Virus record (IMG/VR): IMGVR_UViG_3300042869_000287
Span: 1-54,040 of that record
Direction: 5' to 3' (one strand)
Source: a virus
Lineage: Duplodnaviria > Caudoviricetes
DNA length: 54,040 nucleotides
Under the pieces are notes generated by a model. It did no database searches. It saw only the letters and a program-made list of their open reading frames with translations, and was not told the origin of the DNA. The stretch's first letter is position 1. Each line of letters begins with the position of its first letter. Position numbers and translations under genes: made by a program. Below are positions 1 through 8,707 of the stretch, piece after piece.

Positions 1-63
1 GCGGTTTTCCGTGAAAAGTCCCTCCCAAGGGAAAAGTTGGTTAAACTCCATAAAACCGCTCCA
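1..63 (+). tRNA. Atypical tRNA-Gly-like RNA lacking a D arm (possible anticodon CCC)
   Basis: GCGGTTT (1-7) pairs perfectly with AAACCGC (53-59), followed by T-CCA (60-63). CT-CCC-AA loop at 22-28; TGG-TTAAACT-CCA T-arm-like hairpin at 38-50; terminator follows. Anticodon and T stems are weak. Confidence 0.45.
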
Positions 64-66
64 ATT

Positions 67-100
67 AGAGGTGTTGTAGAAATACAACATCTCTTTTTTT
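67..100 (+). terminator. Rho-independent terminator
   Basis: AGAGGTGTTGTA-GAAA-TACAACATCTCT hairpin followed by a T run. Confidence 0.8.
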
Positions 101-104
101 ATGC

Positions 105-132
105 TTGCCATTTACCGTGGATACAGTATAAT
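105..132 (+). promoter_or_regulatory. sigma70-type early promoter
   Basis: TTGCCA-N16-TATAAT. Confidence 0.55.
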
Positions 133-200
133 TAAACCTTTACAGACGAACATGGACAACGGTTCCATAAGTAATACTAAAGTACTCATTTTTAAAGGGC

Positions 201-228
201 TTGCCAAATGCCCCTAATCTGTTATAAT
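201..228 (+). promoter_or_regulatory. sigma70-type early promoter
   Basis: TTGCCA-N16-TATAAT with extended -10 TG. Confidence 0.65.
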
Positions 229-251
229 TAATGCATACATCGGGAAACAAT

Positions 252-2540
252 ATGCAATATTCAGTAGAATCCAAATCTCAATTAGCCAAGTTGCTGGCTT
301 CAGAGAATCTTACAGTTGAACACAAAAAAGTTCAAACTGCTTCGTTCAATCTTAAAGACCGTGTTTTGACTTGTCCAATCTGGAAAGATATGACAGGCGA
401 AATGTATGACCTTATGCTTGGCCATGAGGTTGGTCATGCATTAGAAACCCCTGAAGAAGGTTGGCATGATGCTGTCAGTACAGGCAAATCACAATTCAGT
501 AAAAACTTCAAACACTTTTTGAATGTGATTGAAGATGCCCGTATCGAAAAGAAAATCAAACGTAAATTTCCAGGTATTAAACCTTCATTCATTAAAGCTT
601 ATGGTCAATTACTTGACCGTGATTTTTTCGGTATTAAAAATGAAGATGTAAATGCTTTGCCATTTATTGACCGATTAAATTTGTTTACTAAAGGTGGTTA
701 TAATCTTGGTATTAAATTTAATACTGAAGAAGAACCATTATTGCGTGAGGTAGAATCTTGCGAAACATGGGAAGATGTTGTTCGAGTTACTGGTGCAATC
801 TTTGATTACTCTAAAAAAGAACAGCAAGATATTAATAAAATCCAACAAGATATTGAATTCGGTAATTATAGAGAATCAGATAATGGTGATTATGATTATA
901 GTGATGATGAATATGAGTATGAAGAATCTGATGGAGAATCTGATGGTACCGAAAGTGTAAAAGGAAATGATGAAACAGATTCTGATGATGAAGATGATTA
1001 TGTAAACGAAATTAATCGTAATAAAGAAACATCCAATTCTGATGGTTATTATGATAACTTTGAACCAACATGCGAAACTGATGAAACGTTCCGTGATAAT
1101 GAAGCTCTGTTATTAGATGCAAAAAGCAAAGAATTTGTTTATGTTAATATCCCAAAATTCTACCCACAACATTCAATTACATCATACAAACGTGTACATG
1201 AATTAATGGAGAATCACTGGACAAAATATTATGAAAATACTATTCCTGAGCACAGAAGTTTTCAAGATTCATTATTGAAAGAATTTAAAAATCGTAATGA
1301 CCGTTATGTGTCTTTACTTGCCAAAGAATTTGAAATGCGTAAAGCTGCCTCCAAGTTCTCTAAACAAAAGATATCGGAGACTGGTGATATTGATATCTCC
1401 CGCATTTACAAATATCAAGTTGATGATAATATCTTCCGTAAAATGATGCGTATACCAAAAGGCAAGTCACACGGATTGGTTTTGTTACTTGACCGTTCTG
1501 GTTCTATGGACGGCAATATGCAAAGTTCAATTGAACAGATTTTGATTCTAACCATGTTCTGCCGCAAAGTGAATATTCCTTTTGTTGTTTATGGTTTTGG
1601 CAATTGCACTTTCTCTAGAGGTATGGATTTAGGTGATAGCGTTGTTCAGAAACCATCCTTCTCAAGAGGTGAGAAAGATTTGTATTTGTCTGATGTTTAT
1701 ATGCGTGAGTATATGAATTCACGTATGGGTAATGCTGAGTTTAATCGTTGCCTTCGTAATATGATTTCATTAATGCATTCTTATATGCCACGTTTTTCAC
1801 GTAAGATTGACAGACCATTATCAGAAACATTATCTAATACACCAATGGTTGAAGCTATGATTGCTTCTCGGTATATTACTAATGAATTCCGCAAAGTGAA
1901 TAATCTTGATATTGTTAACATGATATTAATTCATGATGGCGATGCTGATAGTATTTCTGGTTATTTTACTGGCGAAAATAATGATTATGGTTCACCAAGA
2001 TTTGATTATTTTAATGTTAAAACACAATCAGTAGTTATTCGTGATACCGAATCTAAATTCGAAACACTTTTGGTAAATGAAGAACAATCTAAAGATGATG
2101 ATCCAATGCGTACAGGAATTTTTAATTGGTATCGCCACGTTACTGGTGCAAAGATTGTTGGTTTCTTTTTGATTGGTACAGGTGTTGGTGCAAGAGCTGC
2201 TATTCAACGCAAGTATATTTCTGGTAATGAAACACCAGAAACTAAAGAAGAAAAATATGATTATAACAGGTCACACAATCGTTGGTTGCGTGAGAAAGAA
2301 GAAGCACGTGAAATGCTCAAAGTGATTAAAGCAGCCAAGTTTTTGGAATCCAAAAATAAAGGTTACAATAAGTTCTTTTTGATTCCTGGTGGAAGTGATT
2401 TAGATGTTGAAGATGATGAATTGTCCGTTGAAGGCAATGTCACTGCTGCTAAATTGCGTACCGCATTTATCAAAATGAATAAGAAAAAACAGGTAAGCCG
2501 TGTCTTGGTTAACCGTTTCATTGGTGAAATCGCAATGTAA
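252..2540 (+). CDS. HEXXH metallopeptidase-like plus VWA (CobT-like) protein
   Basis: HEVGH motif, EDARIE, acidic linker, MIDAS-like LLLDRSGSM; adjacent to MoxR-type AAA+. Start moved to ATG 252 because ATG 231 lies upstream of the expected transcription start. Confidence 0.8.
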   Translation: MQYSVESKSQLAKLLASENLTVEHKKVQTASFNLKDRVLTCPIWKDMTGEMYDLMLGHEVGHALETPEEGWHDAVSTGKSQFSKNFKHFLNVIEDARIEKKIKRKFPGIKPSFIKAYGQLLDRDFFGIKNEDVNALPFIDRLNLFTKGGYNLGIKFNTEEEPLLREVESCETWEDVVRVTGAIFDYSKKEQQDINKIQQDIEFGNYRESDNGDYDYSDDEYEYEESDGESDGTESVKGNDETDSDDEDDYVNEINRNKETSNSDGYYDNFEPTCETDETFRDNEALLLDAKSKEFVYVNIPKFYPQHSITSYKRVHELMENHWTKYYENTIPEHRSFQDSLLKEFKNRNDRYVSLLAKEFEMRKAASKFSKQKISETGDIDISRIYKYQVDDNIFRKMMRIPKGKSHGLVLLLDRSGSMDGNMQSSIEQILILTMFCRKVNIPFVVYGFGNCTFSRGMDLGDSVVQKPSFSRGEKDLYLSDVYMREYMNSRMGNAEFNRCLRNMISLMHSYMPRFSRKIDRPLSETLSNTPMVEAMIASRYITNEFRKVNNLDIVNMILIHDGDADSISGYFTGENNDYGSPRFDYFNVKTQSVVIRDTESKFETLLVNEEQSKDDDPMRTGIFNWYRHVTGAKIVGFFLIGTGVGARAAIQRKYISGNETPETKEEKYDYNRSHNRWLREKEEAREMLKVIKAAKFLESKNKGYNKFFLIPGGSDLDVEDDELSVEGNVTAAKLRTAFIKMNKKKQVSRVLVNRFIGEIAM

Positions 2541-2578
2541 TACTAAAGTAGTACTGTTGTTTTTATGCAACAGTACTA

Positions 2579-2606
2579 TTGACAAATGCTGTGGTTTTGA
2601 TATAAT
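2579..2606 (+). promoter_or_regulatory. sigma70-type promoter preceded by an inverted repeat (2549-2578)
   Basis: TTGACA-N16-TATAAT with extended -10 TG. Confidence 0.75.
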
Positions 2607-2640
2607 TGGTATATTGAATTGATTGATGGAGTTATTCGTA

Positions 2641-3825
2641 ATGCGTGGTATTCAAACTGACAAACGTGAGAAGTTTATTTCTATTGCCTCTGCTACAGGC
2701 AAAAGTATTTTTACACTACAGGACATTAAAGACCTTTGTGTAGAAAATGATATTAAGTTACCCCAGTGGTATTTGAAAGATATGGACTTCCGTGCAGGTC
2801 GTGGTCTATATAAAGTTCCCTCTAATAATGCCAGTGTAGTTAACATGGCAGCTGCACAAGTTTTGCAAATGAAAAAATCTGAACCTGTTGTTTCCAGTGG
2901 CAATCGTATTGCAAATATTGTTACTGACCTTGAAACTGAAAATCTAGTTCCAAAAACATATAGCAATTATGTTCCCTTTGGTAACTTTGATGATTTGCTT
3001 TCCGTTGTACAAAGCAAATTGTTTTTCCCAATTTTTATTACTGGTCAATCTGGCAACGGCAAAACAATGTCAGTTGAACAAGCTTGCGCTAAAGCAAAAC
3101 GTAAATTTGTTTGCGTATCAATGACACCTGATACCGATGAAAGTGATTTGCTTGGCAATTATGTTTTGATTAATGGTCAAATGGAATGGCGTGATGGTCC
3201 AGTTACCGTTGCGGCTCGACAAGGCGCTGTGCTGTGTATTGATGAAATTGATTATGGTGCTCAGAATCTGTCCTGCCTGCAACGTGTTTTAGAAGGCAGA
3301 CCTTTCTTGCTTAAAAAGAAGAATGAAATGGTTGCACCTGCTGAAGGTTTTACAATTGTGGCTACTGCCAATACAAAAGGTAAAGGCTCAGAAGATGGTC
3401 GTTACATGTTCACCAATGTTTTGAATGAGGCTTTCCTCGAACGTTTCTTGAATACATATGAGCAAGAGTTTCCTCCAATCAACATTGAGAAGAAAATCAT
3501 TAAGAAAGAATTGGCTTCATTGAACCGTTCTGATGATGAGTTTGCCGAAAAGTTGGTAACATGGGCTGATGTAATCCGTAAAACGTTTGCTGAAGGTGGT
3601 GTTGATGAAATTATTTCTACCCGCCGTCTGGTTCACATTTGCAAAACGTACTCTGTGCATGGCGACCGCATGAAAGCAATTGCTCTCTGCTTGAACCGTT
3701 TTGATACCGATACCAAGTTATCGTTTATTGACCTGTACGCCAAGTTAGATGCTGGTGCCAATACCAGTAACCAACAAGTGAACGTAGAAGCAGTCTCGGC
3801 AAACAGTGATGAAGTACCATTCTAA
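2641..3825 (+). CDS. cobS: MoxR/CobS-like AAA+ ATPase
   Basis: Walker A GQSGNGKT, Walker B LCIDEID, ATANTKG, AFLERF, ISTRRL; GGAG before ATG 2641. Confidence 0.85.
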   Translation: MRGIQTDKREKFISIASATGKSIFTLQDIKDLCVENDIKLPQWYLKDMDFRAGRGLYKVPSNNASVVNMAAAQVLQMKKSEPVVSSGNRIANIVTDLETENLVPKTYSNYVPFGNFDDLLSVVQSKLFFPIFITGQSGNGKTMSVEQACAKAKRKFVCVSMTPDTDESDLLGNYVLINGQMEWRDGPVTVAARQGAVLCIDEIDYGAQNLSCLQRVLEGRPFLLKKKNEMVAPAEGFTIVATANTKGKGSEDGRYMFTNVLNEAFLERFLNTYEQEFPPINIEKKIIKKELASLNRSDDEFAEKLVTWADVIRKTFAEGGVDEIISTRRLVHICKTYSVHGDRMKAIALCLNRFDTDTKLSFIDLYAKLDAGANTSNQQVNVEAVSANSDEVPF

Positions 3826-3839
3826 TTGCCTAAAAACTG

Positions 3840-3868
3840 TTGACAAGTGTTAATAGTTTTGTTATAAT
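3840..3868 (+). promoter_or_regulatory. sigma70-type promoter
   Basis: Perfect TTGACA-N17-TATAAT with extended TG. Confidence 0.85.
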
Positions 3869-3873
3869 AGAAT

Positions 3874-3919
3874 TTCTGAGAGAATGAACCACCTCTCAGA
3901 ATTATTTGAAGTGTGGTTC
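3874..3919 (+). promoter_or_regulatory. Predicted H-type pseudoknot in 5' leader
   Basis: S1 TTCTGAGAG/CTCTCAGAA; loop GAACCAC complementary to downstream GTGGTTC. Confidence 0.6.
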
Positions 3920-3948
3920 GTTTTTATTATTTAAATTTTGGAGTTATT

Positions 3949-4221
3949 ATGTCCGCTAAAGCAAAAATCTTGTCCTACTTGAGCAAATCTGATGGTTACA
4001 ACACGTTGACCGTTAATCAAGCTCGTGCTCGTTTCAACGTTCAGAACGTTGCTGCTCGCATTAATGAATTGCGTGAAGAAGGTCATGCTATTTACTTGAA
4101 CACCCGTATCAAGTCTGATGGCGAGAAAGTTTCTTTCTATCGTTTAGGCACACCAACTAAGCGCCAAGTTGCTGCTGGCTTGCAAGCACTTCGCACTGCA
4201 GGAATGTCAACATTCGCCTAA
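3949..4221 (+). CDS. Small winged helix-turn-helix protein
   Basis: NVAARINELREEGHAI...YRLG pattern; GGAG SD before ATG 3949. Confidence 0.7.
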   Translation: MSAKAKILSYLSKSDGYNTLTVNQARARFNVQNVAARINELREEGHAIYLNTRIKSDGEKVSFYRLGTPTKRQVAAGLQALRTAGMSTFA

Positions 4222-4238
4222 AAGAGTAGTCTCTTTGT

Positions 4239-4280
4239 AAGAGGAGTAGGATATATAAGTATATCCCTCCTCTTTTTTTT
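4239..4280 (+). terminator. Rho-independent terminator
   Basis: AAGAGGAG..GGATATA / TATATCC-CTCCTCTT stem followed by a T run. Confidence 0.75.
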
Positions 4281-4292
4281 ATGGAATAAATT

Positions 4293-5108
4293 ATGGAAAT
4301 ACAAGTCAAAGTTGAAGATTTGAAAAAGAATAAACTCTTTGTGGCTACACCAATGTATGGTGGCATGGCACACGGGTTATACCTGAAGTCTTGTTTAGAC
4401 CTTCAAGGTATTATGTCACGTTATGGTGTTGATGTTAAGTTCTCTTTCCTATTTAATGAATCACTTATTACACGTGCAAGAAACTACCTCGTAGATGAAT
4501 TCTTGCGCTCAGATTGCACACACTTATTGTTTTTGGATTCCGATATTCATTACAACCCACAAGATGTTGTAGCATTATTGGCATTAGACAAAGATGTTAT
4601 TGGTGGTCCTTACCCCAAGAAATCAATCAATTGGAATAACATTGCACATGCCGCACGTAATCATCCAGATTTGGAACCACGTGAATTGGAAACATTGGTT
4701 GGTGAATATGTCTTCAACGTTGTTAAAGGCACATCACAATTCTCAGTTACCGAACCACTTGAAGTATTGGAAATTGGTACTGGTTTTATGTTGGTTAAAC
4801 GTGAAGTCTTTGATAAGATGGCTGTCGAGTATCCAAACATTCGTTACAAACCAGACCACGTTGGTCAGGCGCACTTTGATGGTTCACGTTACATTCATGC
4901 TTACTTTGATACTGTAATTGACACCAAAGAGTCCATTACAGGCGGTGGTTCAGAACGTTATCTAAGTGAAGATTACATGTTCTGCCAGATGTGGCGTAAG
5001 ATGGGTGGAGATATCTTCTTGTGCCCATGGATGAAGACACAACACATTGGTACATATGCCTTCTCAGGCAATATGCCAAAAGTAGCAGAGTTAACTGGTA
5101 GGTTATAA
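4293..5108 (+). CDS. GT-A fold glycosyltransferase-like protein
   Basis: VATPMYGG, ESLITRARN, LLFLDSD (DxD), GTGFML, SEDYMFC. Confidence 0.7.
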   Translation: MEIQVKVEDLKKNKLFVATPMYGGMAHGLYLKSCLDLQGIMSRYGVDVKFSFLFNESLITRARNYLVDEFLRSDCTHLLFLDSDIHYNPQDVVALLALDKDVIGGPYPKKSINWNNIAHAARNHPDLEPRELETLVGEYVFNVVKGTSQFSVTEPLEVLEIGTGFMLVKREVFDKMAVEYPNIRYKPDHVGQAHFDGSRYIHAYFDTVIDTKESITGGGSERYLSEDYMFCQMWRKMGGDIFLCPWMKTQHIGTYAFSGNMPKVAELTGRL

Positions 5109-5410
5109 TGGCTACTGGTCGTAAGTTTGATGGTGGCAAACTAGAATATGGTTTGTTGCCACCTCTTGCGCTAGAGGAGACGGTTAAAGTTCTCACCTTT
5201 GGTGCTCAAAAGTATGAACGTGATAATTGGCAAAAGGTACCTGAATCTAAACGCAGGTATTTTGATGCATTACAACGGCATCTTTGGGCATGGAAACAAG
5301 GTGAGCAACTTGACCCCGAATCTGGCATACATCACTTGGCTCATGCAATGTGTTGTCTCATGTTTTTATATGAGCATGACATTAAATATTCGCTTGACAA
5401 AGACAAGTAA
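5108..5410 (+). CDS. dATP/dGTP diphosphohydrolase-like protein (DUF5664-like)
   Basis: GRKFDGGK, LTFGAQKY..NW, DALQRHL, DPESGIHHLAHA. Confidence 0.75.
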   Translation: MATGRKFDGGKLEYGLLPPLALEETVKVLTFGAQKYERDNWQKVPESKRRYFDALQRHLWAWKQGEQLDPESGIHHLAHAMCCLMFLYEHDIKYSLDKDK

Positions 5411-5422
5411 ACCATATATAAT
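5394..5422 (+). promoter_or_regulatory. sigma70-type promoter for gp45
   Basis: TTGACA-N17-TATAAT. Confidence 0.8.
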
Positions 5423-5441
5423 TAATTTTTTGGAGTATATT

Positions 5442-6125
5442 ATGAAACTATCGAATGACACACTGAACGTACTGAAAAACTTCGGTGCAATTAACCAAGG
5501 TATTTACTTTCGCAAAGGTAATACATTGAAGACCATGTCTTCACACAAAAACATCCTAGCACAGGTCAACATCACTGAAGATGTTCCTGCTGACTTTGGT
5601 GTCTATGACCTTAACAATTTCTTATCTGTTGTATCGTTGCACAAAGACGATACCACGTTTGAGTTTGATGACAAACATGTTGTGATTGTTGGCAACAAAG
5701 GTCGTTCTAAAATTAAGTATCGTTTCTGTGACCCTACTATGATTGTTACAGCACCAGAGAAAGAATTGCAGGTACCAAACCCTGAGATTACTTTCACCTT
5801 GACTGCTGAAGATTTGGATTGGGTACTACGTGCAGCTAACGTATTGTCGTCACCGCAAATTGCCGTTGAATCTGATGGTACCAAAATCAATTTGATTACA
5901 CTAGATACAACCAATGATGCAGCGCATACTGATTGCCTTGAACTTGGTGAAGGCAATGGTACGAAATACAAAATGATTTTCCGTACAGAAAACATTAGTA
6001 AGGTTATGCCTGGAACTTATGATGTGAATATTTCTTCTAAAGGTATTTCACACCTACGTAATAAGGGCAAAGATTTGCAATATTGGATTACTACCGAAGC
6101 CGGTTCAAAGTTTTCTAAAGAATAA
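5442..6125 (+). CDS. 45: Sliding clamp (T4 gp45 homolog)
   Basis: MKLSNDTLNVLKNFGAIN, FGVYDLNNFL; GGAG SD; synteny with clamp loader. Confidence 0.92.
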   Translation: MKLSNDTLNVLKNFGAINQGIYFRKGNTLKTMSSHKNILAQVNITEDVPADFGVYDLNNFLSVVSLHKDDTTFEFDDKHVVIVGNKGRSKIKYRFCDPTMIVTAPEKELQVPNPEITFTLTAEDLDWVLRAANVLSSPQIAVESDGTKINLITLDTTNDAAHTDCLELGEGNGTKYKMIFRTENISKVMPGTYDVNISSKGISHLRNKGKDLQYWITTEAGSKFSKE

Positions 6126-6222
6126 GCATATATAAATGTGAGGACCTTCCCTCGTAACCAAAACTTGGTAGTTTGTTAGAAGATTTTTCTACCTACCAGT
6201 TTTAAATTTATGGAGAAAACAT

Positions 6223-7245
6223 ATGACAAACCCAAACTTTAACTATAAAAATATTGATCCTGAGCTTTGCACTTTTGGAAAAATTAATTCACCCGGAACT
6301 AAATTCGTAAATCGAATCAAAATTAAACTTTCTGAAATCTATGTTGCACCAATTAAGAGTGACAATTCTGTCCGCTCTAAAGGTAAAAACGTAATGCACA
6401 TTCAAAGATTGGAACAATCCTTCAAACAAGGCATTGATTATTCACAGATGCCACTTACGGTTCGCATCAAATCAAGAAATGAGAATGGTGAAATTACCAA
6501 GTATGAATTGGTAACTGGTAATCACAGATTTGAGGCCTTGCGTAATTTAGGATTTGATGAATGGATTTTCGATGTATATGAAATTCCATTTGGTTCTTCT
6601 TATGGTTATGAAGATGCAATTCGCACCTTTCAATTAAAAGAAAACAACTTTGCACCTAATTTAGCTTCAACAGAAGATGATGTAGTCAATGTTATTGTTC
6701 GTTTGATTGAACACAAATCAAAATTGGTTCTTCCAGAAGAACAGAGTATTGTTGATTATGTGAATGAAGTATGCACTTATATGCATGGCCAAACCAAATC
6801 TAAAATCGTTAGAGATGTTGTTCGCAAATTAAAAAATACTGGATGTGCTGTTGCTCAAGATGTGGTAACTTATACTGCAACTGATGTAAATGATTTCATT
6901 TCAAAGACAACCAAATATGTTGTTTCTGGCAACTATGACCACAATTTACAAATGAATGGTTGGTCTGTATTGGAAGGATATGAATATGAGATGATGATGA
7001 ACGCCATTAAGAAATTTGGTGAATCAGGCAACGAATCGTATTTTACTTTACACACAAAATCACCTACTGAAAAGTATGGTGTAGTTGAACGCCGTAATAA
7101 GATGATTGAAACATTCCAAAACCTGGAAGATTCTCTACTTAAGGTGTTTGATTATTATGAAAAGAATGGTAAATTCCCATGGCACATTGAAGGTTTCTTA
7201 CCGCAAGATGTGAAAAGTGGTGAATCGGAATATATACCATTCTAA
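6223..7245 (+). CDS. ParB/Sulfiredoxin-like domain protein
   Basis: YELVTGNHRFEAL motif followed by QLKEN. Confidence 0.6.
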   Translation: MTNPNFNYKNIDPELCTFGKINSPGTKFVNRIKIKLSEIYVAPIKSDNSVRSKGKNVMHIQRLEQSFKQGIDYSQMPLTVRIKSRNENGEITKYELVTGNHRFEALRNLGFDEWIFDVYEIPFGSSYGYEDAIRTFQLKENNFAPNLASTEDDVVNVIVRLIEHKSKLVLPEEQSIVDYVNEVCTYMHGQTKSKIVRDVVRKLKNTGCAVAQDVVTYTATDVNDFISKTTKYVVSGNYDHNLQMNGWSVLEGYEYEMMMNAIKKFGESGNESYFTLHTKSPTEKYGVVERRNKMIETFQNLEDSLLKVFDYYEKNGKFPWHIEGFLPQDVKSGESEYIPF

Positions 7246-7251
7246 TTTGAC

Positions 7252-7280
7252 TTGACACGGCCTTCGGGTCGTGTTATAAT
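7252..7280 (+). promoter_or_regulatory. sigma70-type promoter whose spacer is a UUCG hairpin (probable overlapping terminator)
   Basis: TTGACA-N17-TATAAT; GACACGGCC-TTCG-GGTCGTGTT. Confidence 0.75.
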
Positions 7281-7309
7281 TTATTTTTATATTATGAAAG
7301 TTGTGAATC

Positions 7310-8242
7310 ATGGATCATTTATTATGGACAGAGAAGTATCGTCCTAAAACTATTGAAGAATGTATTTTACCTGAACGGTTGAAAACACCGTTTCAGGAAT
7401 ACGTAAATCAAAAAAACATTCCCAACTTGTTATTGAGTGGCGGCGCAGGTGTCGGTAAGACAACTGTTGCCAAAGCCATGTGTAATGAGATTGGTTGTGA
7501 CTATATTGTCATTAACGGTTCTGATGAATCTGGTATCGATGTGTTTCGTACCAAGATTAAGAACTATGCTTCTTCTATGTCTCTATCAGGTGGCCGCAAG
7601 GTTATCATTATCGATGAGGCAGATTATCTAAATCCAAATTCTACACAGCCTGCTCTTCGTAATGCGATTGAAGAGTTTGCAGGTAACTGTTCGTTCATTT
7701 TTACTTGTAACTTTAAGAACCGCATCATTGAACCATTGCACTCTCGTTGTGCCGTGATTGAGTTTGGTCTGAAGAATGGTGAGAAGGCCAAGATGGCTGG
7801 TTCATTCTTTAAGAGAATCCAGTCGGTTTTACAAAGTGAAAAAGTTGAGTATGAAGACGCTGTTATTGCTGAATTAGTTAAGAAACACTTTCCAGATTTC
7901 CGCCGTATCATTAATGAGATGCAGAGGTATTCCCAGTTTGGTAAGATTGATTCTGGCATTCTTGTGCAGATGGGTGACGTTGAGATTTCAAACATCGTTA
8001 AGTATATCAAAGAGAAAGACTTTGGTTCAATTCGTAAATGGGTTGCAACCACTGAGATTGATGCTGCAACATTGTATCGTAAGTTGTATGATGGTTTATA
8101 TGAGGTTCTGAAACCACAAAGTATTCCTCAAGCAGTAATTATCATTGCTGACTATCAGTACAAGCAGGCATTCGTTGCTGACCCTGAGATTAATACTGTG
8201 GCCTGTTTAACAGAATTAATGGTAAGTGTGGAGTTTAAATGA
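7310..8242 (+). CDS. 44: Clamp loader large subunit (gp44)
   Basis: LWTEKYRP, GGAGVGKTT, IIDEAD, PLHSRC. Confidence 0.95.
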   Translation: MDHLLWTEKYRPKTIEECILPERLKTPFQEYVNQKNIPNLLLSGGAGVGKTTVAKAMCNEIGCDYIVINGSDESGIDVFRTKIKNYASSMSLSGGRKVIIIDEADYLNPNSTQPALRNAIEEFAGNCSFIFTCNFKNRIIEPLHSRCAVIEFGLKNGEKAKMAGSFFKRIQSVLQSEKVEYEDAVIAELVKKHFPDFRRIINEMQRYSQFGKIDSGILVQMGDVEISNIVKYIKEKDFGSIRKWVATTEIDAATLYRKLYDGLYEVLKPQSIPQAVIIIADYQYKQAFVADPEINTVACLTELMVSVEFK

Positions 8243-8427
8243 GTAAAGATTTTGAAGTACATCCTATTGGCACAACTGAAGAGATTAGATTGTCTCGTCA
8301 ACTTAGTTCTGCAATCGAACAAATTACACATCAGTATGGTGACGGCATCGTTCCTAATTCCGTGTTCAAAGCATACAAAGAATTGACTGACTATTATGCC
8401 GTGCAGATTGAGAGAGAAAATGAATGA
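8239..8427 (+). CDS. Hypothetical protein
   Basis: Start overlaps the gp44 stop; fills the gap. Confidence 0.65.
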   Translation: MSKDFEVHPIGTTEEIRLSRQLSSAIEQITHQYGDGIVPNSVFKAYKELTDYYAVQIERENE

Positions 8428-8707
8428 CCTCTTCAAACCAACATTTGACTGGATCAAAGAAGATTACAAAAGTAATAGAGTTCGTTTTTGTCTTGAGGTC
8501 CTTGCTTGGGCTCTTAGTATTGGGTGTGCTATCACTATGGCTATCACCGTTCCAACACCACCTCTCTTGGTTTTATACCCAATCTGGATTATTGGTTGTT
8601 CTATATACGCTTGGTGCGCTTACAACAGGCGTTCCTTTGGTATGTTGGCTAATTACCTCTTACTTACCACAATCGACACAATCGGATTAATAAGGATGGT
8701 AATATGA
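8420..8707 (+). CDS. Small membrane protein
   Basis: About three hydrophobic segments; overlaps both neighbours. Confidence 0.65.
   Translation: MNDLFKPTFDWIKEDYKSNRVRFCLEVLAWALSIGCAITMAITVPTPPLLVLYPIWIIGCSIYAWCAYNRRSFGMLANYLLLTTIDTIGLIRMVI

Noticed and set aside
252-3825. Cobalamin biosynthesis (CobST) auxiliary metabolism
   Set aside because: No CobN or other cob genes are present; a generic MoxR/VWA pair explains the similarity.
5199-5441. 81-aa N-terminal extension of gp45 in the ORF track
   Set aside because: It overlaps the DUF5664-like gene; the promoter, SD and gp45 homology all point to ATG 5442.
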